Origin: Piromyces finnis finn
Taxonomy: Eukaryota; Fungi; Neocallimastigomycota
DNA length: 64,000 nt
Reading direction: 5' to 3'
NCBI GenBank assembly: GCA_002104945.1
Contig: MCFH01000094.1
Coordinates: 53,836-117,835, forward strand
Position 1 is the stretch's first letter. The number at the start of each line of letters is the position of its first letter. This document shows, piece by piece, positions 11,186 to 25,460 of the stretch. The translations under genes were made by a program, and so were the position numbers. Under the pieces are notes generated by a model, which saw nothing but the letters and a program-made list of their open reading frames with translations, did not search any database and was not told the DNA's origin.

Positions 11186-11972
11186 GAAGAGGGGCATGTA
11201 AAATATTGTATTAATAGAATAATGTATTTTAATACGTATTTAAAATAATGTACAATGTATCGAATTAATGTACCGTAAATCTTTACAAAATTTATATCAC
11301 AATACATTAACATAAATCTATGTGAAATATAAAGTTACGATAAAATAATGTATTACAATACATTAACATAAATTTATGTAAATTTAATTTTATGATAAGA
11401 TAAAGTTTTTGATGATAAAATAAATTTTTTAAATTAAATAATTTTTAACCAATAAATATTTTAGATAAGAAAAAATTTTTTTTATAAACTAAGCCTCAAA
11501 ATTAGAAATAAATAAATTAAATATATGTTTGAAATATAATCAACCATATAGTAAATAAATCAAAACTTTATTTTAAGTTTAGAAAATTCTTTAGTAAATA
11601 AATTGAATTTAAATAGTTTAATACAAATAAATTCTTTTAATAAATGCATAAATGTAAACAATGTAAAATTATAATATTAAAACATGTATATTAGAATTTA
11701 TTCAATTTATTTAAAAAGTATAAATAAAGAAAATTTTTCAACTATTGAAACGATAGTTGGAAAATCGTATAGTTTAGTTATATAGTTAGTTTAGATTATT
11801 AGTTTTAATTTAATTAGTTAATAAGTGATTACCTAGTGAGTGCTCTGGTGAAATAACCTTCACGGTAAAGTAATCAACGGTTGTTTTAGTTTAGTTTAGT
11901 TTAATATAATTTAATAAATAAAAAGTTTAATAATTAATAAATTTATAACTAGTGTTTAGTTTAGTTAGTGTA

Positions 11973-13102
11973 TGTAAAAGTTTTACTAAACTTATAATTT
12001 AATATTAAAATATCAAATTAAATAAAAGGTTAAGAGATAACTAGGTTAGAAAAAAAAATGTTTTATTAAAATAATCTTAATTGATTTATAAATGAATAAT
12101 TAAATTATATATTATGGTTAAAATAATTTCTTTTATTTTATTTAATGATATATTGCTAAAATATATAATAATAAGATTATTTAGTAGTAATACTCATTAA
12201 GTATTAATTATTATTAATAGTTAATAATTTATAGTTAATAATCTTTAGTTAATAATTTATAGTTAATAATTTAATAATTTATGGTTAATAATTTTTGGTT
12301 AATAATCTTTACAAAGATTTTAATTTCATAAACTATTCTAAACTATTTATACTATTTGCAATTTTACATTTAATAATAAAATAACTTTTCAATACATGAT
12401 TATATTCATAATATATTTTATAATACTTAAACTAAACTTAAGACTTATTCCTAATTATTAAAAAATAACTATTGTTTATAATATTCATAATATTAATTAT
12501 TTCTTAATTATAATATAATTCATTGAATATAATATTAATAATTATAATCCTCTAGTTCAAAGATTATAAATTATGTTATTGAAATAATTATTATAAAATA
12601 AAGTTAATTAGTTCCGGAAAATAATGTTGATTTAATTAAACAATAATTTTTATACTTTGAGTGAATGATTTATGTTTGATATATCAGGGGTGATCATTCT
12701 CTGAATAAACAATTAATCATTGCTAACAAAATATCTTTAAATTGGAATATCTCGTGAACCAGCAGAGATATTGACCTGATTTTAAGATATGTTGTTTGTC
12801 TCGAGCGTGGCTTTCTAACGAACGTAATTATAACCAAAATATTTTTATTCAAAAATCGTCATTCGTTGAGGAGATACGCGTGTTTTTTCTTATTCCATTT
12901 TAACGATAAGGGTTAAAGTTATTTATTATAAAAATTATTAAGGGTTAAGGTCATATTTTAACCTTTCCTAAATTTTTAAATATTTCTTAATAAAATTTTA
13001 TAATTTATTTGAAAATAAACTATTTGTTGATTTTGAATTTTCATAAGTGATTTCACAATTCCAAGTGATCTTGAAATTGTAATTTCACTAGTATTCGTGA
13101 CA
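11973..13102. mobile_element. Solo LTR, family B, inserted in U5 of the A1 3' LTR
   Basis: TGTAAAAG...TTCGTGACA; TSD GTGTA (11968-11972 and 13103-13107). Confidence 0.92.
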
Positions 13103-13157
13103 GTGTATACAAACCTGAACTTAGTTTAAAATATTTTACAGCCACAAATATTTCTTA

Positions 13158-14017
13158 TGCTACGGTTCAAATAAGATATCACAAAACACTTGAATAGTTA
13201 TAAAAATAAAAATTTATTTAATTTTAAATTTTTATTCATTTAATTTATTTTTGATTTTTCCAATTTTTAAAATTTTTCTCAAAAATCCTCGTACTTTTTC
13301 CAACTATCCATTATTTGAAATTTAATGGTTTTGGATAGCTAAGGATTTAAATTGATTTCATTCATAATATATGGATCATTCACTGTAACATATATTAATT
13401 AAATCCTTAATATATATTATGAATAATCTCTTAATATTTGAATAGAAAAATTTTTAATTTATAATTAATAAAATTTTAATTTATGATATGTGTAACATTT
13501 TTGCATATCATATATTATATATTTAATTATGACATATAATAAAATTATATTATTCAATTAATTATGCCCTTTTTTAGACATAAATAATAATTTTTCTGTC
13601 GAGGTATCTTCTGTTTTGTGTGTAACAGTTGCCTCTTTTAGTAAAAATTATAATTAAATTCTATGTCATAATTTCAAATTATAAAATATTATACAATAAG
13701 GTTAATTAATAAAATAAACCTTAAATAATAATAAAATACCTATAACTATTTTAATAATAAAATTTTGTAAAATTTATAAGTATAAAATATTATAAGTAAT
13801 TATACTAATACTAATAATAAAGGTCTTAAATAACTATATACAAATAATATAACTATATAATAAAAATATTAATAATTACTAGAAAAATGTATAAAAATTA
13901 TATATTATAATTTTTATATTTTAAAAATAGAGTTAAACACTAGTAAGGAATATAAATAGTTGAAGGTTAATTCCTAAAATTCTAGCTAATTCAACTATTT
14001 ATGTTCATTCCTTAACA
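13158..14017. mobile_element. Solo LTR, family C (inverted relative to 2448-3306)
   Basis: TGCTACGG...CCTTAACA; TSD CTTA recoverable after removing P. Confidence 0.88.
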
Positions 14018-14020
14018 CTT

Positions 14021-14886
14021 TGTAAGAAATAATAATTATTTGATACATAATTAATATTTCTTAGTTAAAATCATTAATTATTAATCATTAATTAATGTTA
14101 ATAATATTAGTCTATTTAAATAATTATTCTCATTTAAATTTATTTTAATTATTTATTTTCACTTAATTTTAATATCTTAAATTACATTTAACCATTTAAT
14201 TATATTATTCATTAATATTTTATTTAATATTTTTATTAATTATATTTATGCATTTAACTAATTAATTTAATTAATTACTTTTATTTAACTTTATATTTTT
14301 ATTAATTATATTTATTCATTTAATTAATTAATTTAATTAATTACTTTTATTTAACTTTATATTTTTATCAAATATATTTAATTATTTATTTAATTAATTA
14401 CTTTAAAATAATTATTCATTGTTTAGGAATCGATATTTTAAGGTTTTTTCCAATTTCTAAAATAATTGGTTTTACTTAAAATATACGATGATCAATATGT
14501 ATAGAATGTTGATCGAACTTTGTTTAGGTTTTTCTTCTAATCTTTTCCTAAACAAAAAATTATTTTGTTAAGATTAGATAAAATTTTAATTTAAACTTTA
14601 AATTTATTAAATAATATAAATAAAGACTCTTGATTCCCTTCTAAGAAATCAAGAGTTATTATTATAAGAAACAAATTATAATAATAAAAGCGTTTTTAAT
14701 TTTATTTTACTTAACTTAGTTATAATAAAACATATTAACTTATTAAAGTGTAAAATTATTTTTACTCTTATAATATACTCGAACTTAAAGATAAGTATTA
14801 ATATTTATTTTCTTTTTATTCTCAATTTATCAATAAATTGTAGTTAATAATTCTATTATATAATAATTTATAATGGAATTATTACA
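14021..14886. mobile_element. Solo LTR, family P
   Basis: TGTAAGAAAT...GGAATTATTACA; TSD CACTT/CAATT (4 of 5); 18 bp upstream of tRNA-Val. Confidence 0.85.
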
Positions 14887-14904
14887 CAATTACAAACAGT
14901 CAGT

Positions 14905-14977
14905 ATCCAAATAGTGTAGTGGTTATCACGTTTCCTTTACACGGAAAAGGTCTCCGGTTCGAACCCGGGTTTGGGTA
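14905..14977 (+). tRNA. tRNA-Val: tRNA-Val(TAC)
   Basis: ATCCAAA/TTTGGGT acceptor, TTTCC-TT TAC AC-GGAAA anticodon arm, GGTTCGAACC B box. Confidence 0.96.
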
Positions 14978-15223
14978 ATGATGAATTCAATTTTAATGAA
15001 ATATATTTTGATATTAATTATAAAATTGCATATGGATAATATTTAAAGTTGACATACATACCAAGCTGAAATTTTTTTTCTTTATACTTTTATTTAATAA
15101 TTTTAATTTTAATTTAAAGTATTTCTAAATTTATTTATTTATTTTTATATATATATATACTATTTAAATAAATAAGTATACTCATTAGAATTTAAATTTT
15201 ATTATAACTACAACAACTACTGC

Positions 15224-15371
<148 letters not shown>

Positions 15372-16641
15372 ATTAATATTAATATATATTAATATATATA
15401 AAATATATAAAATTCTTGATAAATGTTTAAATAATCTTCTAATAATTTTTTTTTCTATTAGTATAAATTGAATTTGAATTTTTAATGATTTTATATATAG
15501 ATTATTAATATTTTATATTTCATAATTTATTACTAAACATAACAACTAGAATAATACTATAAAAATACTCTTTTATATATTTTAAATTTTTCAAATATTT
15601 ACTTACAAATTAGTAAATAATTATTATAATCTATAAATTTTCACTAATTAAAAATTTTATATTTTATATTATTTACATAATAGCTTTAAATTTGATTTTG
15701 ATGAACTTTTATTATCTTTATACTTATATCATCTTAATTATATTTTATTATAAAAACATAGTTAATATAATATATCTTTTTAATAATTACAAGATATGTT
15801 TCATAGCATATAATAAAGATTTTAAAATGCTAATTTTATTAAAGTTCGAATGCATGTTTAAAACTTTTTATTACAAAAAAGATTTGCTTGAAAATATTAT
15901 AACATAACTTTAAAAAGATTTTATAAGATTGAATATTCTTAAAAATAATAAAAAATATTTATAATTTGTAAATAATATAATGATAATTTTAAAAAATCAT
16001 TTTATTATTTTAGAAGAATTAATATAATATAAATTTTTAGTATTTAATATTAGATTTTTAGTAATTACAAAAGTTATTTAAAGAAATATCTCAAATTTTA
16101 AATTTCATCTTATAAAAATAAAATAAAATAAAATAATGTTTAATAAATTTATTCCATACTAAAAAGTTAAAAATATTAAGCTTTTTGTTAACTATATTTA
16201 TTAAGATTTTTTTTTAAAAAAAATAAGCATTAACTCATTTTTATTGATTGATTTATTAATATATATAAAGTATTCAAATATGAATATATAAATTTATTAA
16301 GAATAATATTTATTGTAATAAACCATATAAAAGCTAATTGTAAAAATAAAACTAAAATGGCCTAATATATACATCACTATCTGGAAATAAAAATAATTAT
16401 TTTAAGTTTGCATAATATTAAAAAATAAAGCAAGTTTTTTTTTTTATATAATATTCTAATATACTAATCACTTGAATCATTTTACTTTTTGATTTAAAAT
16501 AATTAAGTTATATAAAATAGAATAAGTATTTCAGTAATTGATTTCTCTTTAAATTTATATTATATAAATGTTATTCATTAATAAAATATTATTATTTTTT
16601 TTCTCCACCTCCAAATAGTATTTCATAATATTAAAAATATA

Positions 16642-16713
16642 TAGCAGCGGTATGTTTCGATCATACGACCTGTGGGTTATGAGCCCACCACGCTTCCACT
16701 GCGCTACGCTGCT
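16642..16713 (-). tRNA. tRNA-iMet: Initiator tRNA-Met(CAT)
   Basis: A1-T72 first pair (AGCAGCG), three G-C pairs in the anticodon stem (GGG CT CAT AA CCC), T-loop ATCGAAA typical of eukaryotic initiator tRNA. Confidence 0.97.
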
Positions 16714-16725
16714 CTTATCTATTTT

Positions 16726-17223
16726 TGTAAGAAATATTTGTGGTCATAAGTTTGCCCACAAATATTTCTATTGAAACCATATATTCTGGTCACCATTTAT
16801 TGGCCAGATATATGTATAACCATATATTAATGGTTATTAATTAAATAGGAAGTTTATTTGCTTTACCCAATCAAGTGGTAAAGAAAATAAACTAATATAG
16901 TTAAATAGTATAGTTAAAACTAACGTTAAATACTTTAGCGTTAGTATTAAAGTAAATTAGTAACTACAATAATAATTAATGTATATAATTATAATTAATA
17001 AATAAAAGATATAATTAATATAGGATTATTTAAGTAAACATTATTTCATAAAATCTTTATACGTCTGTTTGTAATTATTTTAGTGTTATAATATTTATTT
17101 TCTTTCTTTTATTATTTTTTATAAAACTTTATTTAGTTATTAACTCGTATAGAGAGGTAATAACTAACTTAATTAACTAAATTATATAACTTATTAACTA
17201 ATATTATAAAAACACCTTTTACA
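16726..17223. mobile_element. Solo LTR, family I
   Basis: TGTAAGAAAT...CCTTTTACA; TSD ATTTT; 12 bp upstream of tRNA-iMet. Confidence 0.9.
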
Positions 17224-17231
17224 ATTTTATT

Positions 17232-17772
17232 TGATACATGATAAAATTATATAGTTAAAAATATTAAACTTATATAGTTAAATTAAGGGTTAGGAATTAT
17301 TTAATAGTTTAATCAGTTATTAACTAACCAATAAAATATCATAAAAATTTCATATAAAAGTAACAAAGAATAACTTTTATTTAAAAGGAAGAGTTCTTTT
17401 AAAAAATATAATTAATTATTGAGAATTTTTATAGTTATTTTAACTTAAATATTGTTATATTAAATATATATGTATTTAAAATTATTTTTATTAATAAAAT
17501 AAAAGAGAAAGTTATAAATAAGATTCTTTTATGTCTATTTCTTTTTTTTATTCAAATACTTGGTGTATAAACTGTTAAAAGTAATAAAATATAATAAAAC
17601 AAAATAATTAATACCACTAAAATATAATTATTAGTTATAATATAAATAAATATACAAATAAACCTTTTCATTCTTTTATTAAAATATATTATTTTGTATA
17701 ATTCCCTTTTGTTCAATTCCTGGAAATAAAATAAATAATTAAATTTATGGTATTCTTAAATAATACCTATCA
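17232..17772. mobile_element. Solo LTR, family T
   Basis: TGATA...TATCA termini; 4-bp TSD TATT (17228-17231 and 17773-17776). Confidence 0.7.
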
Positions 17773-17775
17773 TAT

Positions 17776-17827
17776 TGATAAATAATTAAATTTATCAATT
17801 ATGAATTTATAATAATAATAATAATAA
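17776..17827. mobile_element. Terminal remnant of family D
   Basis: TGATAAATAATTAAATTTAT...(AAT)n matches the D terminus at 41281-41318. Confidence 0.7.
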
Positions 17828-18700
17828 TGTGAAGATATTAACTGGATTTAAAACAAATTCAGATAATATCTATAATTAATTAAACATAATAATTATAATT
17901 AAATAATTTCAATGATTATTTTAAAACACCTTTAAAAGTCACCTTTTAAATTTTGATTCAGTGAAAGGGTTATGATTTCAAAAAATTTAATATCAATACA
18001 CGATAACCCTTAACCAAAAATAAACAAACGCGAAACAAGGCGTAACTCGCCAAAAACGAGTGCTACGGCTGTAAGTATTACGGCTGTGAAACCGGGTTTA
18101 TTAGAAAGCTTAAGGAAAAAGCTACATTTTGGTACAATCGCGGTCCTTCTAATTGGTCATTTAAGGAAGATATGGTCATTCGAAGATTTTAATAAGTAAA
18201 TTAAAATTAATATGATATCAAGTATGGATCATAGACATTTCTTATGACTTGACGAAAATTAAAAAGATATCAATAGAAATTTTAATTATATTAATTTAAT
18301 TAATGATAGTGACTGTTACTAAAAATAGAACTAAACCATTTAGGTGTAACAGTTAACATTTATAAATTAAAAATTTTAATTATTATAAAATAGGTTAATG
18401 GATCAAGTGTTTAAATGATTAATCATATGTTTATTTTATTTTATGTCATGACAAAACAAACAAACAAACAAACAAACAATCTTATTATATTATTAACATA
18501 TTACATGTAATACTTTATTTTTATCAATTTAATAATCTGAACAAAGAATATAAAATAGAATGAATTGAATTCGATTTTAATTCTTTGTAAAGATTATAGT
18601 TATAATCTTAATTATATAGTTATTAAATATATTATCATTTATATTATTATTAATAAATAAATAAAATTTTATAAAAAAAGTTATTCTAAAGAATAAATAT
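17828..18700. mobile_element. Solo LTR, family H (right end approximate)
   Basis: Starts TGTGAAGAT; inverted near-copy of 1-1002. Confidence 0.75.
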
Positions 18701-18779
18701 TAATTTTTCATTTGGAAGTTTAAAGGGTTATTTTATATTTAAATTTAATTTCTTAAAAAACATATTTACTATATAATTG

Positions 18780-20042
18780 ATAACATTCTGACCTGGCCGC
18801 ATAACCAAATCCAAAAACTTAACAAATAATGTCAAGAATAGAAGACGATTAAAAAATAAATTAAATATTCAAATAAACAACTTAAAAATCAAATTTATAT
18901 TTCAAAAAGTATAAAACACTTTTAAAAATAATTAAAAAGATCACTTGGAAAAATTTAATATTGAAAAGGGTTAAGGATCACAAAAATTTAATTTTCAATA
19001 AATTAACCCTTGAGAAGAAAATGCACTATACGAAACTAGCGATAACTTCTAAATCTCGCGTCCTATTTTCATTTTCTAGAGACTTCAAATTAATTTTATT
19101 AGAAAGTACTAGTCGAGATCTATATTCTCACAAATTTTCAGCTAATTTAGACCACTAGTTCTTGAGATATAGCTATTTAAAGAATTAATTAGTTCCAATA
19201 AATATATAATAATATATATTAAAATGATCAATATTAATTTATATAATTAAAATCATTATTCAAGTCATCCAACTTTCTATAAATAATTCAATTTAAAAAT
19301 TCTCCATTATTATTAAATAAGGTTAGATAATAAATATTCTTGATTATAAACCTAATCAATTATAAAAATTAATTAATAATTTTTCAAATAATTTTGATTA
19401 ATAACCTCAATCATAATCAAACCAAAAAGCCTTTGGATCAAAAATCATTAATTATAATTATTAATTAATTGATCATGAGAATATATAATTAGTATCAGTA
19501 ATTATTATTCTCAATTTATAATATTAAATATTTACAATTTAAAATGGTTAAACAATACTTTTATTTTAAAAGTAATTTAAAAGATTAATCTTAAGATCTA
19601 TCATATGAATTCATATTATTAATATCAATATCAATTATTAATATTTTAATTTAAAATTATTTTATTTTTATCTTTATTATTAATATCAATATTAATATCA
19701 ATGTAATTTTATTAATTGTAAGAAAAAGTATTTAAACAAAGAATTGAAATCAATTTTGAAATTCTTTGTAAGATTATTAATTATTAATTATTAATTATAA
19801 TATAACTTAATAAATATTATCTTAATAAATAAATAATTAATAAACAAATTTCATAGTTAAATTATATTAAAATTTTTATTATAAAAACCTATTTAATTTC
19901 TAAATTAGTATTAATTAAATTCTTTAATAAGTTTTGAAGAAAAGATTTAATAATAAATAAGTTTAATATTTTATTAGAAAATTAAGTTATATTATATGAA
20001 ACATTCTGACCAAGTTACATACCAATCCTAGCCCACTTTACA
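18780..20042. mobile_element. LTR-like repeat, family G (left end approximate)
   Basis: Ends CCCACTTTACA; inverted copy at 44341-~45719. Confidence 0.7.
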
Positions 20043-20048
20043 AGTAAT

Positions 20049-20856
<808 letters not shown>

Positions 20857-21371
20857 TTATTGATAAAGAATGAAATTTATAAATAATGAATTAATAGAAT
20901 AGCTGATTTTAAAATTATATAAACTTAATATAAATTAAAATAATAGTAAATAATCAAAATAATATAAAATATAAATGTTTAATTAAATTTTAAAAATGTA
21001 AAATATAAACAACTTTTGTTTATAAACAAACTTAAATGTAATTATTTATTATAAATAGAAATAGAAATTATTATTTTTAAAGATTGTTACTAATTAGCCA
21101 GGAAAATTAGAATATTTTAAAATTATAATAAGTTAATATATTTTTTTTATAATACATAGCGAGATGTATTATACATTTATTTTAAATAAATAAACTAATA
21201 TTATAAAACAAGATGTGTTTTTAAATTTTTAAATTTTATTTATAAATTATATAAAACTTGTAGAATGAGAATGAGCAAGTAAAAATAAATCATTCAAATA
21301 CACACTAACCCTAAATATACCACTTTCTAAGCTTATTTAGAATTAAGGTATATTGAACGTGTGTCATTGTG

Positions 21372-22206
21372 TGTAAGAATTAATAATTATTTATGGAATA
21401 ATTATTAATTCTTATTTAATTATTTTTCTAATTATTAAATTAATTAATTATTTAAATTATTAGCATACATTCATTTAAATTACTATAAACATTTATCTAT
21501 ATTGATATTAATTATTCATTTACTTAATTTAAAATTTATTTAATTACTATATTAATTAATTATTTATTTAATTTAGTAATTTATTTAAAATAATAGTAAA
21601 CATTCATTTATTTTATTGATTAATAATATTTGTATTACATTTTATAAGAAACATTATGTATTTTATTTTACGTTTGTATTTTATATTTATGTATCGTATC
21701 TTGAAATAACTTATAGAAACAATTAGAAAATATAAATACATATTAGGACAATCGGATATTAAGGTTTTTCCGAATTTTATTCGGTTTTACTTAATATTAC
21801 GATGATTGATATATTAGTTATCAATCGAATATCTTTTTAGGTTTTTCTTCTAGTCTTTTCCTAAAAAGATTATTTGTTAAGATTAGAAATTCTTTATTAA
21901 ACTTTAAATTATTAAAAAATTATAAATATAAGAACTCTGGAATTCCACTAAAAATCCAGAGTTATTATTTTAAGACAATTATAATAAATAACCCTTTCAA
22001 AAAACTATATTCATAAAAAACATTTAAATTAAAGATAGTCTTAATATTTTGTGTTGCTTATTATAATTTACTTATAATAAACTTTTTAAGATAAGTATTC
22101 ATTTTTATTTACTATTAAGAAACTTTTCAATTTAATAATACATATTACGAATTGTATTATTATAATGTAGATAATAATTATTATTAAATATGTAATAATT
22201 ATTACA
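21372..22206. mobile_element. Diverged family P solo LTR
   Basis: TGTAAGAATT...AATTATTACA; similar to 14021-14886; flanks TTGTG/TTGTC. Confidence 0.65.
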
Positions 22207-22207
22207 T

Positions 22208-22821
22208 TGTCACAATAACATATATAAAAATTTAAAAAATTTAGACACATGGAAAAAATTAAAAATTTTTTTAAAATTTTAAAATTTGAAAAAATTTATT
22301 TTTTAAATTTTTATTAAAAAAATTTTCAAAGTATAAAATTTCTAATCTTTGAAATTATTAAATTTTTTTTTAAATTATTAAAAATTTATTATTAAAAAAT
22401 TTATTTTAAATTTATAAACTATTTACAATAATTATAGTAATTATTAATTTATAAAAATTAAATATTTTATAATTAAGCAATAGTTAATTAAAATTAAAAA
22501 TGTAATAATTAAAATTGTTCATGTATAAAAAGAACAAAAATTGACAAAAATTACGAAGCTTTAGCGTTAGTAATTTTTTTTACTTAAAGTCAATAAAATT
22601 TATAAACTCCTATAAAACCTACAATTTTAAAAATTTTAATATTTTTAATAACTTATTACATGCTGATATTAAGTTATTGCTAAAATAAAAATATTATTTA
22701 ATTTTCTTTATATAAATATTATTAGCTTTACGCCTTCAATAGGAAAGCGTATTATATTTGTTAATTAATATAACTAGTGTGCTTACCACACTTTTCTTTA
22801 ATAAAAAATCGCTTTTTGACA
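22208..22821. mobile_element. Solo LTR, family U
   Basis: TGTCA...TGACA termini; flanks TACAT/TACTT (4 of 5); single copy in the window. Confidence 0.55.
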
Positions 22822-22828
22822 TACTTTT

Positions 22829-23639
22829 TTATAAATAATGAAATTAATAAATATAAAATTATTATTATACCTGATTTTTAAGTTAACCTTAAAAGTAACT
22901 TAAAATAAGTTATAGTTTAAGTAATTACTTTACCAAAATTCTAAAATAAAATTAATCCTAAATACTGCATATATTTTGATTATTGAAAGAAAATAATAAA
23001 CTTTAATTAATCGAGATCAAAATATATAACTTTTGTTAAATTAATTGTTAAATTAAATATTAATAACTTCTTTAGTAAATTACACTTTAAAAGTAAACAA
23101 ATATAATAATACATGTTATAAAATAATATAATTAAACACTTTTATTAAAATATTAAAAATAATTATTACTTTAATTAATTGTAAAATAAACAACTTTTTA
23201 TATTCTTTAACTTTTAATTATTTCTTTTATTGTTAATTTTAATTACTTTTATTACTTTTATTGTAAATAGTTATTAATTTTATTATTTTAATGTAAATAG
23301 TTTAAATTTAAAAGAAAATATAAATACATGTAAATATTTTCATTTTAATTATTATTATTATTATTAATAAAGAAATATTATATAGTTAGTTAATATTTTT
23401 ATAATTTTAATAATCAATTTTATAATTAAATAAATAAAATTTTAAATATTTAAGTATTAGAAAAACGAGTGTTTCTAATAAAACAATTTTAGTGTTTTAA
23501 TAAAATAATTTTATTAATTTTTATAAAAACAATTTCAAATTCTAATTCATATAACTTATATAGTTATAATCAAAGATATAATATAATAATCACTTTTTGA
23601 AGTAAAATTCAAAATTAAGATTATTATCAAATTATATCA
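22829..23639. mobile_element. Solo LTR, family J (left end decayed)
   Basis: Colinear with 3310-4111; ends ATTATATCA. Confidence 0.75.
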
Positions 23640-23685
23640 TTTTTGAAAAATCTAATATATTTTCTATAAGAGGAATAGATTTATA

Positions 23686-24328
23686 TATTCATGAATAATA
23701 GTGGATTTATGATTATTTATTTAAATAATGTAATGTTTTATTTATTTAATTAATTAGGAATATTTTATTATAAAAACAGTATTAAATAATATTTAAGAGA
23801 TATTATTATTTTATAATTATTAAGATTTTATATTTATTAAAATTTGAATTAATATCTCTTTGTTCATTTGATTAAGAAGGAAATTAAAATTAAATTATAA
23901 AATAATCATTCCTTCTGCAAATGATTTATAATATGATTTTAAAATTATTAAATATAACTCGAGTTTAAGAAATAGTTATATATAATCAATATATATTTAA
24001 TTTATAGAATAGTTAATTAATATAAACAAGTAATCATGTATTAAATATTAAATGTATTCCTTTAATATTAAAAATAGTATAAATACACAAGAAAATTCCT
24101 ATCATTAGGAATTTCGAGAGTCCATTAATCTAAATATTTAACCTAATAATAATAATTAATAAAAATTTTTCTTTAAATAAAATTTTTATTAATAAATAAA
24201 GTTAATAAATTAATAATAAATTAATATTTATTTAAATTTTATTTATTCATTCATTTCATTTATATAATTAATTAACAATTTAGGTTAAAATAGTGCGTTC
24301 CGGCCCAACCGAAGTGAAAAACCTGACA
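23686..24328. mobile_element. Solo LTR, family E (ends approximate)
   Basis: Colinear with 56706-57313; ends GAAAAACCTGACA. Confidence 0.65.
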
Positions 24329-25039
24329 TTTTATGTTAAGATTATAAGGGGATTTGAATTTATAATTAAATCTACTAGGTTAGGATAGGCTTAATTATAT
24401 AGTAAAATAATAAATTTTAAAATAAAAGAATAATAAATATAGTTTTTTTAAGAATTATTTTATTTAATTTTTATTATATAACAACAAATGATAATTATCA
24501 ATTTTAAAGTATTGAATTTACTATATAAAAATGTGTATTAATAATCTCATAAAGAACTTCTTAAAGTTGTTTTTTTGTTCAAATTATTTATACATCATTT
24601 TTAATATAATCTTTGATATTAATAAAATATAATAATAATAATAATAATAATAATATAATTTAAGTTATACATATATAATAATATAAATGTAAATATAAAT
24701 ATTAATAAAATATAATATAATTTTCTTTAAATATCGATATTAATAAGTTGATAAGTTGTTAAAAATAATATTAATAATTATTTAAATAAATATTATTTTA
24801 TTAATTGGTTTGCTTAATATTAATTAATTGCTACACTATTTATCTCCTGATAATAAATAGTTTTACAATTAATATTTATCTTAAATAAACTATTATTAGT
24901 AAAATATTATTAAATTAATATTTTAATTAATTTAATTAATAATTTCAAAATTATGAAATATCATGAAATGTCGAATTTCATGAATTGGGATTTTGACATT
25001 TAATATAAAAAAATACTACAATAATAAATAAATAGCAAC

Positions 25040-25460
25040 ATCTCATACAAGCTAATATTATAAATAATGTTTTTATATTAAAATTTATAAAGAAATTAGT
25101 AATTATATAATGAATAAAACCATTTAGTTATATATAATAATAAATGTTTATTCGCCTTATTTCTCTTACTAATATAAAGTATCTTTACCTATTTTAAATT
25201 AATTATTCTTTATTATGAATTATTTATTATGTTATTTTACTTTAATAATAACACTAAAGCATTAGTGTTTGTTCACATGTTTTCTTTTATAATATCATTA
25301 ATTTGCATTATTGATTAATATTAAATAATATTATATACTATAATAATACACATTAATTTTTTAAATATAAAATTAAATATTTTTTAAATATAAAATTAAA
25401 TATTTTTTAAATATAAAATTAAATATTTTTTAAATATAAAATTGAATATTGTTTTAATAT
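25040..25460. repeat. Dispersed repeat family R with an internal ~23-bp tandem (boundaries approximate)
   Basis: Inverted, diverged copy at ~58120-58560; TAAATATAAAATTAAATATTTTT repeated about 4 times at ~25365-25460. Confidence 0.55.

Larger units (their letters stand above)
5474..13140 (+). mobile_element. Full-length Ty3/Gypsy chromovirus, family A copy 1
   Basis: 5' LTR 5474-6282 (809 bp); 3' LTR 11197-11972 plus 13108-13140 (809 bp, interrupted by B); TGTAAAATATT/AATATTTTACA ends; TSD GCCAC; polypurine tract (PPT) AAGAAGAGGGG 11184-11194; about 6 differences seen between the LTRs. Confidence 0.97.
4995..14894. mobile_element. Solo LTR, family I, split by nested A, B, C and P insertions (own sequence 4995-5473, 13146-13157, 14893-14894)
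   Basis: TGTAAAAGG start; rebuilt end GCCACAAATATTTCTTACA matches the intact copy at 41320-41786; TSD AACAG (4990-4994 and 14895-14899). Confidence 0.85.

Noticed and set aside
15692-15907. Short AT-rich ORFs (also 25855-26061, 29372-29560, 42643-42828)
   Set aside because: TTG-started or low-complexity, with no motifs; 29372-29560 is antisense to the L protease relic.
18961-19158. 65-70 aa ORF present in both G copies
   Set aside because: Near-cognate start, inside an LTR-like repeat, and the differences between copies change amino acids (L/I, H/N, A/V), so there is no sign of coding constraint.
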